Below are positions 59,288 to 64,000 of a DNA stretch of 64,000 nucleotides, in pieces (position 1 is the first letter of the stretch; each line of letters begins with the position of its first letter). The translations under genes and the position numbers were made by a program. Source of the stretch: an uncultured Verrucomicrobiae bacterium (lineage in GTDB: Bacteria; Verrucomicrobiota; Verrucomicrobiia; Chthoniobacterales; JAATET01); the NCBI GenBank assembly GCA_963719495.1, contig CAVRCI010000013.1:224001-288000 (forward strand). The letters are read 5' to 3'. A model generated the notes under the pieces. It ran no database searches and was not told where the DNA came from. It saw only the letters and a list, made by a program, of their open reading frames with translations.

Positions 59288-60457
59288 TCACCGCCCCGGC
59301 ATCAACTCAAGCAGGTAACCCTTGAGGTAGGCGGTCTCCGGCAAATGCAGCACCGCCGGGTGATCCGCCGCCTGGTCGAACGTCGCAACGAGCCGGGCCG
59401 ATCGCCGCGCATCGAGCAGTCCGGCCCGCGCGGAGTCCAGAAACGCCTCGGGCGAGACGTGATGCGAGCAGGAAAATGTCGCCAGCAACCCGCCCGGTTC
59501 CAGCAAAAGCGACGCCTGCCGGTGCAGGTCGCGGTAACCCCGCATCGCGTCGTTGACCTTGCCCTTGCCCTTGGTGAAGGACGGCGGGTCGAGAATCACG
59601 AAATCGTGGCGCTCCTTCGCCGAATCGGCCTTCCGGAGAAAATGGAACACGTCGGCGCGCTCCGCCCGCACGTCGAGGTCGTTCGCCGCCGCGTTGGCGA
59701 CCAATTGGGCGTGACTTTCCTCCCCGGACTCGACCGCCACGACCCCCGCGGCCCCCGCTTTCGCGCAGGCCAGGGCGAATCCACCCTGATTCGCAAAACA
59801 GTCCAGCACCCGTCGCCCGGTGGCGTGCTTCGCCACGTCGGCGTAGTTTTCCACCTGATCGAGGTAGAATCCCGTTTTCTGGCCAGCCAGCAAATCGACC
59901 GCAAACCGCACGCCGCCGATCTCGACCGACTGGGACGCCTCCGGCTCGCCTGCCAGCACGCCAACCGCACTTTCCATCCCTTCGAGGCTTCGCACGGGCG
60001 CGTCGTTTCGCTCGATCACGCCCCGCGCCCCGGTCAGCGCCATGAGCACCTCGGCGATCTCGGTCTTCCGATTGTCCATCGCCAGCGTCAGAGTCTGGAG
60101 CACGACCGTCGTCCCGTATTGGTCGGCAATCACCCCGGGCAGCCCGTCGCTTTCACTCCAAACCAACCGCCGAAGATCGGCCCTGCACCCCCGCCGGTCC
60201 CGCACCTCGATGGCCTGCGTGATCCGCCGCTCGAAGAAATCCCGGTCCAAATCCTGCCGCCGCCGCGAGATCCGCCGCACGGTGATCTGCGATTTCGAGT
60301 TGTAAATCCCCACGCCGAGCAGTTTGTCGCGCCCGTCCTTGATCGAGACCACATCGCCATCGGCTGGCGACCCGAACGTCTTGAGAATTTCGGTCCCGTA
60401 AACCCAATCGTGCCCAACGAGAACCCGCGACCGAGGCCGCACCACCACACCCGCCAT
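59288..60457 (-). CDS. rlmI: RlmI-like class I SAM rRNA methyltransferase
   Basis: PUA domain (GHDWVY), SESDGLPG, GQKTGFYLDQ, LDPPSF, TFSCS and YLKG motifs. Confidence 0.85.
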   Translation of the reverse strand: MAGVVVRPRSRVLVGHDWVYGTEILKTFGSPADGDVVSIKDGRDKLLGVGIYNSKSQITVRRISRRRQDLDRDFFERRITQAIEVRDRRGCRADLRRLVWSESDGLPGVIADQYGTTVVLQTLTLAMDNRKTEIAEVLMALTGARGVIERNDAPVRSLEGMESAVGVLAGEPEASQSVEIGGVRFAVDLLAGQKTGFYLDQVENYADVAKHATGRRVLDCFANQGGFALACAKAGAAGVVAVESGEESHAQLVANAAANDLDVRAERADVFHFLRKADSAKERHDFVILDPPSFTKGKGKVNDAMRGYRDLHRQASLLLEPGGLLATFSCSHHVSPEAFLDSARAGLLDARRSARLVATFDQAADHPAVLHLPETAYLKGYLLELMPGR

Positions 60458-60470
60458 TACGCCACTCCCC

Positions 60471-60572
60471 TTCTCTTACTCATAATCCTAATCCTTGTCC
60501 TTCTCCCCGGCACTGACGCCGTGGGCCCAATGAAAGAATGAGTAAGACGAAGATTAGGATTAAGAGAAAGAG
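60471..60572. repeat. Inverted array of hexamer repeats
   Basis: CTTACTCATAATCCTAATCCTTGTC ... GAGTAAGACGAAGATTAGGATTAAGAG. Confidence 0.65.
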
Positions 60573-60580
60573 AACAATCG

Positions 60581-61780
60581 CTACGCGTCGCAGGTTTCCG
60601 CCGCCGGAACTTCCGAAGGCGTCGCCCTTGCTTCCGCGTTCCCCGGCTCAGGGTATTCGAAAATCTTCCCCTCGTAGTTTCGAATCACGACTTTCTCCTC
60701 GTCGTGGTAGAGCACGTATCCCGGATTGATCGGCACCTTTCCGCCCCCGCCCGGCGCGTCGATCACGAACTGCGGCACGGCGTAACCCGTCGTGTGCCCA
60801 CGGAGCGCTTCGATGATCTCGACGCCCTTTGCCACGGAACTCCTCAAGTGCGCCGACCCCTTGATGAGATCACACTGGTAGAGGTAATACGGGCGCACCC
60901 GGCAGCGCAGGAGCTTGTGGATGAGGTCGCGCATCGTGTCGACGTCGTCGTTCACGCCCTTGAGGAGCACGCTCTGGTTCCCCAGCGGCACACCGTGATC
61001 CGCCAACCGGCCGAGCGCCTCTTGCACCTCGGTCGTCAGCTCACGCGGATGGTTCACGTGGATGCTCATCCAGAGCGGATGATACTTCTGCAGCATTTTG
61101 CAGAGCTCCGGCGTGATTCGTTGCGGCAGAAAAATGGGCACCCGGCTGCCGATGCGCAGGAACTCGATGTGCTTGATCGACCGCAGCCGTTTGAGGATGA
61201 ACTCGAGCTTGTCGTCGGAAAAAAGCAGCGCGTCGCCGCCGGAGAGCAACACGTCCCGCACCTCGGTGTGCCGCTCGAGATACGCGAAGGCCTCTTCGAA
61301 ATTCGTGTGCAGTTCCTGCTCACCCGCGCCGCTCACCACCCGCGCCCGCGTGCAATACCGGCAATAGGACGCGCACCGATCCGTCACCAGAAAGAGCACC
61401 CGGTCCGGATACCGATGGACGAGTCCCGGCACCGGCATGTGCCCGTCCTCGCCGCACGGGTCGGCCATCTCCCACGGAGCGGTCTGCGATTCCCCCACGT
61501 TCGGGATGACCTGGCGACGGATCGGGCAGTCCGGGTCGTTCGGGTCGATGAGGTTGAAAAAGTGCGGCGTCACCGCGAAAGCCAGCTTGCTGCCGGAGAG
61601 GATCACGCCCGCTCGCTCGTCGGCGCTCAGTTTCAGATGCCCCTCGAGTTGATCGAGCTTCGTGACGCGATTGCGCAGCTGCCACTTCCAGTCGTTCCAC
61701 TTCTCCGCCTCCACCTCCGGCCAGAAACCGGGTGCGTGGGATTGAAAATCCGTGGGAGGGGAAGCGAGCTCAGATTGCAT
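60581..61780 (-). CDS. kamA: KamA-family radical SAM protein (lysine 2,3-aminomutase-like)
   Basis: WNDWKWQ, HRYPDR, CASYCRYCTR, LSGGD, NQSVLL and DAPGGGGK motifs. Confidence 0.88.
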   Translation of the reverse strand: MQSELASPPTDFQSHAPGFWPEVEAEKWNDWKWQLRNRVTKLDQLEGHLKLSADERAGVILSGSKLAFAVTPHFFNLIDPNDPDCPIRRQVIPNVGESQTAPWEMADPCGEDGHMPVPGLVHRYPDRVLFLVTDRCASYCRYCTRARVVSGAGEQELHTNFEEAFAYLERHTEVRDVLLSGGDALLFSDDKLEFILKRLRSIKHIEFLRIGSRVPIFLPQRITPELCKMLQKYHPLWMSIHVNHPRELTTEVQEALGRLADHGVPLGNQSVLLKGVNDDVDTMRDLIHKLLRCRVRPYYLYQCDLIKGSAHLRSSVAKGVEIIEALRGHTTGYAVPQFVIDAPGGGGKVPINPGYVLYHDEEKVVIRNYEGKIFEYPEPGNAEARATPSEVPAAETCDA

Positions 61781-61924
61781 GGTCAGAAATACGAATTGAA
61801 AACGGTAGGCAGCCGTCAACAAATGTCAAAGATCGAATTTGATCGAACAAAGTCCCTTGATCTTCGCGAGACCCGCGACGAAACTTCAACTCGCGCCATT
61901 TGGCGCAACCAAAACCCACAATCC

Positions 61925-62353
61925 ATGGACCTCACAAAAACCGCACCTCGCAAACCCAGCACCCGTCTGGGCAACTACGTCATCCTCGCCCGCGCCATCG
62001 ACAAAGGTCACGCCGAGATCAACGGCAACGTCGGCGATTACCACTTCGACTGCCCGCTCGACAACCTGCTCTTCGACTTCAAGGAAGTGAAGGGATCCGA
62101 CATCCGCGAGCTGCTCGAAAATGGCGGCACCGACGAAGAGATCGTCGCCTGGCTCGACACCCACGGCACCAGCAAGACGCCCGAAGAAGTTGCCGCCTGG
62201 TCCGACCAGATGGACGCCGTCAATCCCTACAACGATCCCGAGAAAAAGGAATGGTTCGCCGAGCAGGTCGCGCCCCTCGGCCTCGACCCCGCCACAACCA
62301 CACTCTTCGAGTGGCTCGAAGCCGATGACAAGGCGAGCTACGCGAACGCGTAG
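61925..62353 (+). CDS. DUF5069 family protein
   Basis: PR.P..RLG..V.LAR.IDK..A..G..GDY.FDCPLD pattern. Confidence 0.75.
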   Translation: MDLTKTAPRKPSTRLGNYVILARAIDKGHAEINGNVGDYHFDCPLDNLLFDFKEVKGSDIRELLENGGTDEEIVAWLDTHGTSKTPEEVAAWSDQMDAVNPYNDPEKKEWFAEQVAPLGLDPATTTLFEWLEADDKASYANA

Positions 62354-62556
62354 TCGATTGAACGTCGCGCGGCCTCTCTGACCCGATCACGGAGACCGCG
62401 CCGCCGACGGGCGGCTCCGCTTGCCGGAAGATTGCTTGGTCTCGACGGACCGTCTTCCGCCACCTCGTGCGACGCCCGTTCCCCCGGTAGGATCTCGCCG
62501 ACTTCAATTCTTTACCCGCGACGCCGCGAGCTTCGCGGCCGTGGACTCCACTCGGA

Positions 62557-62943
62557 TCACTCCCAGCGCCCGGCCCGCCAATACCGTTGGCCATCCCGCA
62601 CCGTCAGCTGCGGGGCGACGTAGATCGACTTGTCCGCGGGCCGGTCCGCCCAGCCTCCGCTGAACCACACCCATCCGCCCCGCCTCCAGACGTAGTGCCC
62701 GTCGATGTGGACCGGGTCCAACATGTCCTCCGGCACTTCGGCGCGCTCGGTTGGAACGCGGGGTGGCGGCGGATCGCTCGGCACCGCCACCGGCCGCGCC
62801 TGGAGATACGCGGACGCTTCCTTGAGGCCATCGACGGTGTTCGAACCGACTGGCGGGACCGATTCGAACCGTTTGGTTTGCCGATTGTAGGCGCAGCCCG
62901 TGAGGAGCGAGAAGACGAGGGTGCCTATGAAAAACCGAATCAT
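62557..62943 (-). CDS. Lipoprotein with YXWGXW-type repeats
   Basis: LLTG|C lipobox; GHYVWRRGGWVWFSGGW. Confidence 0.7.
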   Translation of the reverse strand: MIRFFIGTLVFSLLTGCAYNRQTKRFESVPPVGSNTVDGLKEASAYLQARPVAVPSDPPPPRVPTERAEVPEDMLDPVHIDGHYVWRRGGWVWFSGGWADRPADKSIYVAPQLTVRDGQRYWRAGRWE

Positions 62944-62990
62944 ACCGCGGTCATACCGACGGCCCCCCGGCAGCGACGAGGAGTAAATTG

Positions 62991-63731
62991 TCAAAATTTC
63001 GACGCTTTCAGAGCCGCTTCGGCGACCGCGACATCCGCGGGAGTGTCCACCCCGACCGCCCGGTTGTCCGTGGGGATCACCCGGATCCTCGCCCCGTGCT
63101 CGAGCGCACGGAGTTGCTCCAGTTTCTCGCAGGTCTCCAACGCCGTCGGCGGCCATTTCACGTAATCGAGCAGGAACGTCCGCCGATAGCCGTAGACGCC
63201 GAGGTGATGAAGAGGGATCACCGGAGAATCCCGGTCCCGATCAAATGGGATCCGGCTCCGCGAGAAATACAGCGCGTTTCCGGCCAGATTGATCACCACC
63301 TTCACGTTGTTCGGGTCGTTGGCCGCTTCCGGATCCCGGAAGGGGGTCGCCGCCGTGATCATCTCCAAATCCTCATCCGCCTCGATCGCTTCAATGAGCT
63401 GATCGACCAACCGCGGCGAGATCGTCGGTTCGTCTCCCTGCACGTTGATCACGTGCGAGAATTCCGTGAGCCCGGCGGCCACTTCCGCCAACCGGTCCGA
63501 CCCGGTCGGGTGCGTCGGCGACGTCATCACCGCTTCCGCCCCAAATCGCACGGCCGCCTCCCGAATCCGCTCATCATCCGTCGCGATGATCACCCGCCCG
63601 GCCCGCCCGCTCGCGACGCAGCGCTCCCACGTCTGCTGAACGAGCGGCTTCCCGCAGATTTCCGCAAGCGGCTTGCCCGGGAATCGGGTCGATCCCCAGC
63701 GGGCCGGGATGATGATGACCGTCCGATTCAC
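62991..63731 (-). CDS. kdsB: 3-deoxy-manno-octulosonate cytidylyltransferase
   Basis: IPARWGSTRFPGKPL, NVQGDEP, LYFSR and EKLEQLRAL motifs. Confidence 0.95.
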   Translation of the reverse strand: MNRTVIIIPARWGSTRFPGKPLAEICGKPLVQQTWERCVASGRAGRVIIATDDERIREAAVRFGAEAVMTSPTHPTGSDRLAEVAAGLTEFSHVINVQGDEPTISPRLVDQLIEAIEADEDLEMITAATPFRDPEAANDPNNVKVVINLAGNALYFSRSRIPFDRDRDSPVIPLHHLGVYGYRRTFLLDYVKWPPTALETCEKLEQLRALEHGARIRVIPTDNRAVGVDTPADVAVAEAALKASKF

Positions 63732-64000
63732 GCCCGAGACCTTTCCCGTTCCAGGATCCAGTCGATCGCCTCGTTGACGTCCCGCGCCACGAAATCGGCC
63801 CCGCAATCCCGGTGCTTCCCGCCGTGTCCCGTGAGGACCAGGATGCCCGGCATCCCGGCATTGTGACCGCAGGCGACGTCCATCGCCTTGTCCCCGACGA
63901 AGTAGGCCCGCGACAGGTCGACGCTCAAATCGCGGGCGGCTTCTTCAAGCATCCCGACGCCGGGCTTGCGGCGGGGCGACGCCGAAGTCGGCAGATCCGC
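63728..64000 (-). CDS. gmhB: D,D-heptose-1,7-bisphosphate phosphatase (HAD IIIA), truncated by the window edge
   Basis: RRKPGVGML, FVGDK..D and LVLTGHG motifs; coupled to kdsB. Confidence 0.8.
   Translation of the reverse strand, partial: ADLPTSASPRRKPGVGMLEEAARDLSVDLSRAYFVGDKAMDVACGHNAGMPGILVLTGHGGKHRDCGADFVARDVNEAIDWILERERSRA

Noticed and set aside
60581..61780. KamA radical SAM protein as a substitute for PqqE
   Set aside because: It has aminomutase motifs, no SPASM domain, and lies more than 11 kb from pqqA

Overview
High-GC bacterial chromosome segment. PEP-CTERM proteins, an H-X9-DG-type prepilin protein, an STK/ECF module and DUF5069 suggest the PVC superphylum, probably Verrucomicrobiota (inference). 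It is mostly housekeeping genes (ilvB, can, cysK, asd, ychF, rnc, mfd, surA-like, pdxA, iscS, cysE, galK, recA, rlmI-like, kamA-like, kdsB, gmhB and three tRNAs), with two complete IS elements (IS481 and IS630 families) and many REP-like and 6-9-mer tandem repeats. No CRISPR array or prophage was seen. Highlights: (1) a secreted 1172-aa AA10 LPMO-CBM2-CBM2-GH9-CBM3c fusion that is nearly cysteine-free and sits divergently from a LytS/LytTR two-component system, with 21-bp-phased direct repeats between them; (2) a compact cobalamin-riboswitch candidate leading a PEP-CTERM protein, a prepilin-like protein and a DUF6580/BtuM-like membrane protein, a candidate new B12-capture system; (3) an unannotated pqqA peptide plus pqqB with no pqqCDE nearby; (4) an alpha-2-macroglobulin split by a frameshift in its bait region at a G7 tract; (5) heptamer repeats inserted in-frame four times in mfd; (6) long near-perfect palindromes and an orphan LanC-like gene with degenerate Zn ligands in an accessory region. 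All family assignments come from recognising motifs by eye; no database search was run.
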